Shown here: piece by piece, positions 8,538 to 17,571 of the stretch
Layout of the letters: every line of letters begins with the position of its first letter
How positions within the stretch are numbered: the stretch's first letter is position 1
NCBI GenBank assembly: GCA_048881705.1
Contig: JBHLSH010000071.1
Span: forward strand, 1-20,758
Length of the DNA: 20,758 bases
From: Candidatus Heimdallarchaeota archaeon
GTDB lineage: Archaea; Asgardarchaeota; Heimdallarchaeia; Hodarchaeales; Hodarchaeaceae
Direction of reading: 5' to 3'
The notes under the pieces: model-generated
The model's input: the letters and a program-made list of their open reading frames with translations, nothing else
Told to the model about the DNA's origin: nothing
The model's database searches: none
Position numbers and translations under genes: made by a program

Positions 8538-8916
8538 TTGTTATACCATCCTTCGAGCATTAAAAATTCTGGTTTAATGAGTCTTTTTTGAAGGAAGTAT
8601 TTTGGCTCTCTTAAGTAACCAGATATATCCCAAATATGGATTTTCACAAAACAGTAATGAATTTTTAAGGGAGAGAGACGTCGGATCCAAAACCTAGAAA
8701 ACGAAATCGAAAATCTCATTAAATAACCTCGGTGCTCCGCTATCTTGGAGTCCTGTAAAACACGCGTGTTGATTATTGATCCACAGATGGTTACTCCTGA
8801 AAAATCAGGACGGGTTCATTCCTAGAGCAATAACATTAAAAACGATTAGATTGTGAATAGTACGAGACCTAGTTTGAAACAGGGATTTGCCATTATATCA
8901 TGGGGTTTAGTTCAAG

Positions 8917-9519
8917 ATGTCAAGTGATAAACCAAACCTTGTAAGTTATCTATTAGTTTACCGAAAATCTGGTCTTCCAATTTATAGCAAATGCTTCTCA
9001 GGATTTTGTGGTATTGCTATGAAGGAACCTTCGCTTTTAACTGGATTCTTAACAGCAGTCCAAAGCTTCAGTACCGAACTGGTATCGTCCGCTTCTAGTG
9101 ACTCAGGAAACCTAGAAGCAATCACTATGGGGGAAACAATTATGCGATTTAACACTACGACGCCATCTGGGCATAGAATCGTTGTTGGACTCCGAGAGGA
9201 TAAACCAAAAATAGCAGAGGAAATTTTTAAAGCAATTGGCCACGTTTTAGAGACAAAATACTCTGATCAAAACTGGGATCTAATTAAAGATGCTGAATTC
9301 AATCATGAATTCGAAAATGCCCTGCACGAAGATGCTTTAACCCCTGCCCTCCTAAATGTAGGGGGTTTTCACGATAACTGCCCTATGGGTGATAACTGTC
9401 TGTTCCGAACACTACCGACTGAAGGTACCCGGAAGAAGTCTATTTGGCAGCTGATCAAATCCAAGATTCAGTTTATGAGGAATAAATTGGGACTGGAAGG
9501 GCCTACGAATATTAATTAA
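8917..9519 (+). CDS. Longin-like domain protein (Asgard type) with Cys-rich C-terminal extension
   Basis: YLLVYRKSGLPIYSK, LLTGFLTAVQSFSTEL and LEAITMGETIMRF follow the longin beta-beta-alpha-beta-beta-beta-alpha pattern common in Asgard genomes. Confidence 0.7.
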   Translation: MSSDKPNLVSYLLVYRKSGLPIYSKCFSGFCGIAMKEPSLLTGFLTAVQSFSTELVSSASSDSGNLEAITMGETIMRFNTTTPSGHRIVVGLREDKPKIAEEIFKAIGHVLETKYSDQNWDLIKDAEFNHEFENALHEDALTPALLNVGGFHDNCPMGDNCLFRTLPTEGTRKKSIWQLIKSKIQFMRNKLGLEGPTNIN

Positions 9520-9637
9520 GTTCAAATTATTTGTGATGACTTGATATTAGGTTCCGTACCAAAACTAGGATCCGATATGACTGGATTAAACCTTAGAGTC
9601 CCTAGTTGGACAGGTTATCAGCTGGATTATACAGTTT

Positions 9638-10642
9638 ATGCGTAAAGTTCAGGTAATATCTCATACATATTATATCTCGAGGTGATACTGCAAATCAGGT
9701 TTCGAAATTTCCTTTGGATTACTGCATCGCCAAAATTGGGATTTTTTAAAAGAAACTCAATAAAATAGGGTGGAATTTCCTCTATATTTGGAGATAAAAT
9801 CTTCCTTATATCCTATTTAATACAATAGGGGAGCTTAAAGATGTCTTCTTTGATAACATTAGAAACCAATGACCCAAATACCTGGGTACCCCATAACGAC
9901 AAATTCATTCTTGGATACACGGCCGTTTTGGTTCATGTAATGAGTGAATCAGTATCTGCTGTATTTATTTCGCAGAAAATGGATTCTAAAACCAGTAATC
10001 TCTTGATGAAAAACTGTGAGATCTCTTCTATACCTGTTAAGGTACTGCCTTCCGTAAAAGATACGGAAAACGCCGAACCTCTCAACGAATTGTTAACCAT
10101 GGCCTTCGAAACAGGAGCATTTGCCGTTCTTAAAGAACAAACCGTCAAATAGATTTTAGAAAATAGAAGGATTTTCCGATGTCTTCCCGTCCCTTCAATC
10201 CGCAATTTTGAAACTGGTATTTCATTTTAAATCCCGATGTTATATGAAATGCAGGTCTAATTGAGGGTAAGGACTCCATACAGAATTGAGGAGCTATCGG
10301 GTTGCAATACGTTGTGCTGGAAAACGTAGGACTTTAATTGGACATTCTTTAAGCGATAGGGCTGTTAATAAAATTGAGAAAACAGTTAATCCGGGATTGA
10401 ATGTTTTCCAGAATAGTATGGAGCCGCTTATTGATCGAGATATTTTGAAGGGTGATGAAGATATTGGATCGGTGGAAGCTCAGAAAGTCATTGATTAATA
10501 GTTGAACGATTTTCACTATGATCAAGAATCTGACGTTACCATGCCTCTTGATAATATCGATGAAAGTATAAGAAGACTAGGAGAGTACTCCAGAGATTTT
10601 GCGGAAAATGTGATGAATTTCATTCTATTAGCAGAATTTTAA
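9638..10642 (+). pseudogene. phoU: Degraded archaeal phosphate uptake regulator (AbrB-like N-terminus plus PhoU repeats)
   Basis: Collinear relics across frames: MRKVQVISHTYYIS (9638), ITLET..FILGY (ORF 9841), YRVAIR/LENVG (10295-10331), VFQNSMEPLIDRD, and after TAA-TAG (10496-10501) ESIRRLGEYSRDFAENVMN ending in TAA at 10640-10642. The span is about 335 codons, the usual family length. Confidence 0.75.
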
Positions 10643-10711
10643 TAAGTAAGAGCGTGACCAATAATATCAAGCGATGCTTTTACAAAGCTCTCCTCAAAGC
10701 CTGATTCCGCC

Positions 10712-12415
10712 ATGTTTTCTCAATTACAAAGAGAAAAACTCAAACGTATGCAGTACCGCATCATAGATGGCGTTTCGCAGCCAACGGTTACAGCTATATG
10801 GTATTTTATTATCATCCTCTTCTTTTTCTCACTAGTATTACTCCCCACAATCTATGTGTTGATCAACATCCTATTCAACTTATCCGCAGTAAACACTTAT
10901 ATCTTATCAGATCCTCTAAGATTGAACGAAATCATAGATGCCCTTTATTACTCTGTCATAGTTTCTATAATCATATCAGTTATAGATCTAGCTTTTGGGC
11001 TTCCTATCGCATGGACTCTTGTGAGAAAGGATTTTCGATTTAAATCGATTCTCAATGGGATTATTGAGTTACCCTTAGCAGTCCCCACGGCAGGATTGGG
11101 ATTTTCAGTTGCTTTGTTTTGGGGAGTCACCCCAGACGTGGCATTAAAGCCCCCGTTTGCCCTAAATCTGATCCAAGATGCCTTGCCAATTTTGGTTCTA
11201 TTCCATTTCACGACTACGTTCCCTTATGTTGTCCGTTCTCTTGCAGCAATATTGGAGGAGATCGATATTACGCTAGAGATTGCAGCAAGAACCTGTGGTG
11301 CCAGTCGATTTACAGCTGCACGTACCATTACGCTACCGCTATTTCGATCTGGTGTAGCTACTGCAATGGTTCTTAGCCTTGCCAAGAGCTTGAGCGATAC
11401 TGGAGGCGTTACTACCCTTTTGGCTACTATAGGGAGTTTAAAGAGAACTGGTACGGTTTTAACGGGAGATTGGAAACATGCCTACCAAGATGCCATCAAT
11501 CAAGGAACAACGCCTGAACCCTACCTTTTCCCCGGCATGTTATTCATCAGTGTTCTGATGATCCTAATATCACTCTTCTTGGTACTTGTGGCAAAAATTC
11601 TGGCAAGAAAGGCAAGATTACCCTTTAATCGTGTGTTCCCCGCTCTTGAATCTCGAATCAGTGAAGGCTCGGTTCCTAAGGCACGATCAATTGTTTCTTT
11701 TGGCTTTCTGGTGATTTTTGTGTTGATCCCCTCATTTTTCATTGGAATTTATCTCTTTCAAGGATTCACGATTGAAAGATTTGTAAGTGGCAATTGGGGG
11801 ATTTTTGTTCAAAGTATCTTTTTCTCAGTATTCGTCGCTACGGCTGCTACAATACTCAATGTCTGCTTAGGAGTTCCAATGGCTATTTTGATCGCTCGGA
11901 AAAACCATAGAGCGTCCCGAATTCTCGATATTTTTGTAGATATCCCCTATGTTGTGCCAAGTACTGCCTTAGGATTTAGTGTTGGGCTTTTTTGGACTTC
12001 TCAACAATTATTTCCGGTTAATGAACTATTTTTTGTAGTGATGGCTCACGTTAGTATGACATTTCCTTTCATTGTCCGAAATACAATTGGTGGTCTAGCT
12101 GAACTCGATACAGCCCACGAAGAAGCGGCTAGAAGCCTTGGAGCTAGACCCATTCAAGTTTTTCGAAATGTTACACTCCCAGTGATTAAATTTTCAATAA
12201 TTGCTGGAGCTATTATGTCATTTACGAGAAGTATTGGAGAAACGGGGGCAACATTGGCCGTGTCTCCTTTCTCTATAACAGCTCCCGTGTTTATCGTCAA
12301 TCTTATTAAAGAAAGTAATTACTTCTTTGCAGCTTTAACCACGATTATTTTGATACTTATTTCATCCTTACTGATTTTTTCTCTGCGAACTAGGGTTTTG
12401 CGAAAGAAACGGTGA
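10712..12415 (+). CDS. ABC transporter permease, two fused TM domains (CysT/CysW-, ModB/WtpB-like)
   Basis: Two EAA-loop motifs (LEIAARTCGASR and HEEAARSLGARP); FRFKSILNGIIELPLAVPTA and FPYVVRSL resemble CysT. Confidence 0.88.
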   Translation: MFSQLQREKLKRMQYRIIDGVSQPTVTAIWYFIIILFFFSLVLLPTIYVLINILFNLSAVNTYILSDPLRLNEIIDALYYSVIVSIIISVIDLAFGLPIAWTLVRKDFRFKSILNGIIELPLAVPTAGLGFSVALFWGVTPDVALKPPFALNLIQDALPILVLFHFTTTFPYVVRSLAAILEEIDITLEIAARTCGASRFTAARTITLPLFRSGVATAMVLSLAKSLSDTGGVTTLLATIGSLKRTGTVLTGDWKHAYQDAINQGTTPEPYLFPGMLFISVLMILISLFLVLVAKILARKARLPFNRVFPALESRISEGSVPKARSIVSFGFLVIFVLIPSFFIGIYLFQGFTIERFVSGNWGIFVQSIFFSVFVATAATILNVCLGVPMAILIARKNHRASRILDIFVDIPYVVPSTALGFSVGLFWTSQQLFPVNELFFVVMAHVSMTFPFIVRNTIGGLAELDTAHEEAARSLGARPIQVFRNVTLPVIKFSIIAGAIMSFTRSIGETGATLAVSPFSITAPVFIVNLIKESNYFFAALTTIILILISSLLIFSLRTRVLRKKR

Positions 12416-12440
12416 AACATGCCTTCATAAGGGTAAAACG

Positions 12441-13604
12441 ATGACAGCATCGCATATTGGCGTTCATAATCTAGGAAAGAAGTTTGGAAAACTTCAGGTG
12501 TTACATCAGATTAATCTGGAGGTTAATAAAGGTGAATACGTTGTCATTTTGGGACCAAGCGGCGCAGGCAAGACAACTTTTCTCAAACTCATCGCAGGCA
12601 TTTTAAAACCGAGTGAAGGTGAGGTACATAAGAATGGGCGTAATTTGAATCAAATTCCCCCAGAAAAGCGCAATGTCGCCTATTTACCGCAAACTTCGGA
12701 TTATTCTTTGTTTCCTTATATGACAGTCTGGGAAAATACCGTTTTTTCTCCCAGGATGAAGGGGGAGAAATCGTGGGATCAAGTGCGAGCTGTTGGCGAT
12801 GAAATATTAGATCTCGTAGGCTTACGGTTCCGATACGACGCATTGCCGTATGAACTTTCCGGGGGGATGAAACAACGGGTGGCCTTGGCTCGATGTATTG
12901 CCGCTGATGCCGACGTATTTCTTTTGGATGAGCCTCTTCGGGCATTAGATGCCCGTTTGCGACTCAGAATTCGAAAGGAACTCCGAAAGTTAGCAAAAGA
13001 TCTTGAAAAAACCACATTTCATGTTACTCACGATTTCGAGGAAGCTTTAGCTATCGCAGACAAGGTTTTGATTATTAATCAGGGCAGGATCGAACAATAT
13101 GGAACTCCTGATCAGATTTATAACTCTCCGAACTCCTTGTTTGCTGCCTATTTTTTTGGAGAGACAAATCTACTACCAGGAACATTACTCGAAGAGCCGA
13201 ACTCTTCCACTGACGAGTACCTGGTTAAAGTGGGAGAAAGGAGCCTTGTTGTTGAAGTAAATAAGCTTAGAGGCGTCATGAAATCTGCTCAAGAAAAATC
13301 AGATCGGGTTATAATTGCCATCAAAGCTGAAAATATTCTAGTTTCAAGGAACGTCCTTGAAACCGACAAGATAGATGAGGAAAACACTATTGAAGGAATT
13401 ATAAAGGAAATTTTCGATTTAGGGAAATTTGCGAACCTGGAAATACAATCCGAGGTTTTATCAAAGTCTTTGAATGCATATATCCCTTCAGCCGAATTGT
13501 CATCCTTCGATATCGGAATGAAGGTGATTGTTTCCATGCCAAAAGATGCGATTATTTGGTTTCATGAAGATTGGGATCTAATAGGTAAATTGGAGGAGGT
13601 TTAG
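12441..13604 (+). CDS. ABC transporter ATP-binding protein 1 (CysA/PotA/WtpC-like, C-terminal TOBE region)
   Basis: Walker A GPSGAGKT, signature LSGGMKQ, Walker B VFLLDEP, H-loop VTHD. Confidence 0.93.
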   Translation: MTASHIGVHNLGKKFGKLQVLHQINLEVNKGEYVVILGPSGAGKTTFLKLIAGILKPSEGEVHKNGRNLNQIPPEKRNVAYLPQTSDYSLFPYMTVWENTVFSPRMKGEKSWDQVRAVGDEILDLVGLRFRYDALPYELSGGMKQRVALARCIAADADVFLLDEPLRALDARLRLRIRKELRKLAKDLEKTTFHVTHDFEEALAIADKVLIINQGRIEQYGTPDQIYNSPNSLFAAYFFGETNLLPGTLLEEPNSSTDEYLVKVGERSLVVEVNKLRGVMKSAQEKSDRVIIAIKAENILVSRNVLETDKIDEENTIEGIIKEIFDLGKFANLEIQSEVLSKSLNAYIPSAELSSFDIGMKVIVSMPKDAIIWFHEDWDLIGKLEEV

Positions 13605-14699
13605 ATGCCGACAGTTCGGTTAGAGGGCGTTTCCAAGCATTTTGGTCGAATAAAAGCAGTTGATGATATTGACCTGGAAGTTCAGGATGGAGAATATGTG
13701 TTCGTATTGGGACCGTCTGGTTGCGGAAAAACGACTTTAATTAACTGTATTACCGGAATTGTTGGTGTGACCAGAGGGAACATACGTTTTAATGATATTA
13801 TCGTGAATTCAATACCAATTGAGTCGCGTAAATTCGCAATGGTATTTCAGAGTATAGCACTCTTTCCGCATCTATTGGTTGAAGAAAATGTTTCCTATAG
13901 TGCATTTGTAAAAAATAAATCATTAGAATCTCAAAGAGATATTAGCGAAAAAATGCTCGACTTGGTGGACTTACTTCATCAGAAGGGATTGAAACCCCGA
14001 GAACTGAGTGGCGGGGCGCAACAGAAAACCGCACTTGCCAGAGCACTTGCCAATGACCAAAAGCTCTTGATATTGGATGAACCCATCTCTGCATTAGACT
14101 ATAAAGTCAGAGTCTCCTTGAGGTATGAACTACGTCGATTGGTAAAAGAACTAGGTTTAACAGCGATACATATAACGCACGATCAAGAAGAGGCTATGTC
14201 CATTGCAGATCGTATTGTAATTATGCGAGCTGGCAGAATTGTGGAAATAGGAACCCCCCGTCAGCTTTACGAGAGTCCAACCCAGCCATTCACAATGAAT
14301 TTTATTGGAGAATGTAATTTCTTGGAAGGGAGGATCGCAAATCGAACAGGGGATGACTCTTATCAGGTAGAATTTAGAAACAAACAGAAAATTTCTTTAA
14401 AGAATATAACGAAGAGTTTTGAGGAAGAAGAAGCGGTGGCGGTTGCGTTTCGTCCTGAAGTGGGAAAAATCCTTCACGCGGAAAAAGAAAATGCACTGCA
14501 GGGGACAGTCGTGCAGAGAAGATTCTCTGGGGGGTTTCAACGCTATGAGATTAGGTTACTGACAGAAGATCTAATTATGATCGACTCCAAGGCAAAAGCT
14601 AAGGTTAACGATTTGGTGTATGTTGAAATCCCCTTCGATAATGTTCAAATCTTTAAAACACCTAAATTTGGGCTTAGGAAGGCATTAGAATTGGAGTGA
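13605..14699 (+). CDS. ABC transporter ATP-binding protein 2 (CysA/PotA/WtpC-like, C-terminal TOBE region)
   Basis: Walker A GPSGCGKT, signature LSGGAQQ, Walker B LLILDEP, ITHD. It abuts the upstream stop (TAG-ATG), with SD GGAGGAGGT at 13592-13600. Confidence 0.93.
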   Translation: MPTVRLEGVSKHFGRIKAVDDIDLEVQDGEYVFVLGPSGCGKTTLINCITGIVGVTRGNIRFNDIIVNSIPIESRKFAMVFQSIALFPHLLVEENVSYSAFVKNKSLESQRDISEKMLDLVDLLHQKGLKPRELSGGAQQKTALARALANDQKLLILDEPISALDYKVRVSLRYELRRLVKELGLTAIHITHDQEEAMSIADRIVIMRAGRIVEIGTPRQLYESPTQPFTMNFIGECNFLEGRIANRTGDDSYQVEFRNKQKISLKNITKSFEEEEAVAVAFRPEVGKILHAEKENALQGTVVQRRFSGGFQRYEIRLLTEDLIMIDSKAKAKVNDLVYVEIPFDNVQIFKTPKFGLRKALELE

Positions 14700-14705
14700 A
14701 ATAAG

Positions 14706-15404
14706 ATGGCAGATAATGGTGAAAGCAGTCTGTTACATTGGTTTAGACACAGACGTAATCAAGCGATCCTTTCGAAACTGGATTTGCATTCGGAGAAAGT
14801 ACTCGATACCTGTCAAACAGCGGTCGAACTCATTGATCATTTAAGAGACCCAGAGGCGGGTCTTGCTGAAAAAATCTTCAAACGTTTGTCTAGGCAGGAG
14901 CGTTCAGCGGATCATATTCAGGATGAACTTGCCAATGAGATAGCTAGAGGGCTATTACCGCCCGAAATTAGAGAAAAACTATTCAGACTCGTAAGATTGG
15001 TTGACTCAACCGCAAATTGGACGAAAACCGCAGGTAAGAATTTGGCCATGCTAGTCAAGCTTGAGCTGCCTACGGGTCAATTTACGGAAATCCTCGACCA
15101 ATTCCACGCAATGGCCCAATTAAATATCGAAAGCATTCGCGTTTTCAGAAAGATGACCGCAGCATTAGGGAAGGATGATCAGACGATACTTGATAACAGA
15201 CAAGTCATAGAGGATCGAGAACGGGAATGTGATAATGTCTACCTAAGATCTTTGGAGGATATTCTCACGATAGATGAGGAACATAGCTACGCAATTCATT
15301 TTCTTTTCATAGACACTGCTAGAAACTTGGAAAATGCATCCGATTCGGTCTCCAGTGCCTCTGATGTCCTTTATACCATTGTGATGTTGGGAATACCCTC
15401 ATAA
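14706..15404 (+). CDS. DUF47 / PhoU-like putative phosphate transport regulator
   Basis: All-helical twofold repeat with ERSADHIQDEL...LLPPEIREKLFRLVRLVD, ERECD..Y and LENASD, typical of DUF47 (TIGR00153); starts 6 nt after ATPase 2. Confidence 0.82.
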   Translation: MADNGESSLLHWFRHRRNQAILSKLDLHSEKVLDTCQTAVELIDHLRDPEAGLAEKIFKRLSRQERSADHIQDELANEIARGLLPPEIREKLFRLVRLVDSTANWTKTAGKNLAMLVKLELPTGQFTEILDQFHAMAQLNIESIRVFRKMTAALGKDDQTILDNRQVIEDRERECDNVYLRSLEDILTIDEEHSYAIHFLFIDTARNLENASDSVSSASDVLYTIVMLGIPS

Positions 15405-15470
15405 GCCCTTTGTGCCTATTTACTTAAATCACTTGAGAAATTTGGCATGAATAGGGAAATTAGGCCATTC

Positions 15471-16946
15471 TTATACATTTACAGAACGTTTAAGCTGCTC
15501 TCCGTATAGTAGAACGTCTTCAACTTCTAATAATTGTATTTGATTTGTCTTGGAAGGAAATCCAAGAAGACTGCCGCCAACGATTAATATTATATTATCT
15601 GAGGAAAGTAAACCTATTTCTGAAACCCTTCGCACAATATTGTAAACCAATTCATCATAATTCGGAGTAACATCGACTAGAATTGGAAAAACTCCCCAAA
15701 TCAAATTAAGCTGACGTTTCACGGTTCTATAAGGTGTGCCTGCGATAATCTTTGTGCCTGGTCGAAATTTGGCTATGAGTCTTGTTGTTGACCCTGTTCT
15801 TGTACTGGTGACGATTGCATCAATCCCGAGGGCTTCCACTTCTGAAAGCATTTGAGTTGCTTGGCCTAAGGCTTCCGCACTGGTTAGAATTTTGTTTGAT
15901 GAATCGTAGGTATTATGTTTTGTGATCAGGTGATGGGGGATTTCTTGAAGAATCTTTTCCATGTATTGAACCGCTTCGAGAGGATATTTACCCGCTGCTG
16001 TTTCACCGGAAAGCATAACCGCATCGGCCCCGTCAATAATCGCATTCGAGACATCTGAGACTTCAGCTCGCGTTGGTCGAGGATTACGAATCATAGAGTC
16101 CAACATTTGCGTTGCTACGATTACTGGCTTACCAGCCTGATTACACTTCTTGATCAATTCCTTTTGTACGATCGGAACTCTTTCTGCAGGTATTTCTATT
16201 CCTAAATCACCCCGAGCAACCATTATTCCATCAGAATTTTCTAAAATTTCATTGAAGTTTGTGATTCCATCACGATTTTCGATTTTGGAGATAATCTTTG
16301 TAGGGGAATTGTGGTCTTTGAGGATCTGTCTTATGATATGTATATCTTCTTTACGCCTCACAAAAGAGGCTGCGATATAATCCGGAGGTTCTTCAAACTT
16401 CCTCAGGATGAATTTCACGTCATCCAGGTCTTTTTCAGTAGGAAAGTAAGCAGATAAGGGAACATCAGGAGCGTTAATACCCTTCCTTGACTTCAGAACA
16501 CCCCCATTTAGTACAGTACAAACAAGCTCGTTCTCATGTTTTCCAACGACTCGTAAGAGAATCAAACCATCATCTATGGCCAAATGATTACCTATTTGGG
16601 CATCATCAACCAGCGGAGGATAATTTATACCTGTAACCTTGTTATTCCCCTCAATGCCGATTTCTGCTGATATCCTGAACTTAGATCCTGTTTCAAGCTT
16701 GGTTCCAGCTTCAACCTCTCCAGTACGGATTTTCGGGCCACATAGATCGACCAATACCGTTGGATCACCTTTTAGGGATCGAATCCGCTCATAGTTCTCT
16801 AAATGGTCACCATGGGATCCGTGGCTAAAATTCATACGACAAATGTCCATGCCCGCCTTGTTCAAGTTCTTTAGGACAGTTAATTTATTAGAAGCTGGAC
16901 CAATGGTGCAAACTATCTTTGTTGAAGCGTCTCGAGAGCGTTTCAA
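15471..16946 (-). CDS. pyk: Pyruvate kinase
   Basis: IVCTIGPAS, RMNFSHG, GPKIRTG, IISKIE, DGIMVARGDLG, ATQMLDSM, PTRAEVSDV and MLSGETA.GKYP; TTG start with a GGAAGG SD upstream. Confidence 0.97.
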   Translation of the reverse strand: MKRSRDASTKIVCTIGPASNKLTVLKNLNKAGMDICRMNFSHGSHGDHLENYERIRSLKGDPTVLVDLCGPKIRTGEVEAGTKLETGSKFRISAEIGIEGNNKVTGINYPPLVDDAQIGNHLAIDDGLILLRVVGKHENELVCTVLNGGVLKSRKGINAPDVPLSAYFPTEKDLDDVKFILRKFEEPPDYIAASFVRRKEDIHIIRQILKDHNSPTKIISKIENRDGITNFNEILENSDGIMVARGDLGIEIPAERVPIVQKELIKKCNQAGKPVIVATQMLDSMIRNPRPTRAEVSDVSNAIIDGADAVMLSGETAAGKYPLEAVQYMEKILQEIPHHLITKHNTYDSSNKILTSAEALGQATQMLSEVEALGIDAIVTSTRTGSTTRLIAKFRPGTKIIAGTPYRTVKRQLNLIWGVFPILVDVTPNYDELVYNIVRRVSEIGLLSSDNIILIVGGSLLGFPSKTNQIQLLEVEDVLLYGEQLKRSVNV

Positions 16947-17052
16947 AGCTGACCTTCCTTCGTGGCTAATATATAGTCATTCGCAAGAAGAAATTAAAAA
17001 CTAATCTAAACAATTGTCTATTGACATAACTTATTGAAAACGTAAGTCACCG

Positions 17053-17571
17053 ATGGCTGAATCAAAGATGAATCGGGCTCAAGGAAAGCCATATGATGAA
17101 ATACTTAGTGAAATTCAAACGGTGTTGGGCAAAGACAACGCAAGAATCATGGCCAAAGTGGGTTTGAATTTGGGAAAAAGATGGGGAGAAGCTCAAAAGG
17201 AGAAGTCGAGGCAACCAAAAACTCTCTTGGAACTTTGGGAGTGGATCGCAAATTATCTAGAGAATGATATGTTCGTGGCGGATCCAATACAAGTAAAACA
17301 AGAGAAATCTGGACAATATCACATTAAATATGGCGAATTTGACTCAGATGAGAATCAATGTAGGTTGTGCGTTGGGAATCTAGTAAAAGAAAAGGGCGGT
17401 ATCGCCGCTTGCCCAATTATGCATTTTTTCATAGGTGCGTCCCGTGTTTTTAAAAACGACTTAAATTTTAAGCGTATCCAGTTACAAAAGATCACAAAAC
17501 CAGCTAGTAAGAAACCTGGAGCCTGTAATCAGACTTTTATTGTTGAGCTTAGCCCTACGGACAACGTTTAA
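17053..17571 (+). CDS. V4R (4-vinyl reductase)/Bet3-like fold protein with four cysteines
   Basis: Helix AKVGLNLGKRWG, then CRLC...ACPIMHFFIGA...PGACNQTFIV, matches the V4R-superfamily pattern. Confidence 0.55.
   Translation: MAESKMNRAQGKPYDEILSEIQTVLGKDNARIMAKVGLNLGKRWGEAQKEKSRQPKTLLELWEWIANYLENDMFVADPIQVKQEKSGQYHIKYGEFDSDENQCRLCVGNLVKEKGGIAACPIMHFFIGASRVFKNDLNFKRIQLQKITKPASKKPGACNQTFIVELSPTDNV

Noticed and set aside
8522-8726. 65-aa minus ORF and a short plus-strand coiled-coil-like peptide (ERRRIQNLENEIENLIK) in the intergenic region
   Set aside because: The minus ORF overlaps the dipeptidase start and has no recognisable features; the plus peptide has no start codon and an in-frame stop just upstream.
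9563-9607. AACTAGG/CCTAGTT inverted repeat upstream of the PhoU relic as a MITE or IS end
   Set aside because: Only 7 bp, with no target-site duplication or transposase evidence.
9841-10152. 103-aa ORF as an independent hypothetical gene
   Set aside because: Better explained as the middle fragment of the PhoU pseudogene (ITLET..FILGY collinear with upstream and downstream relics).
10150-10501. Stop-codon recoding (Pyl/Sec) to rescue the PhoU frame
   Set aside because: The lesions include TAA, TAG, TGA and frameshifts, and all other genes use standard stops; this is decay, not recoding.
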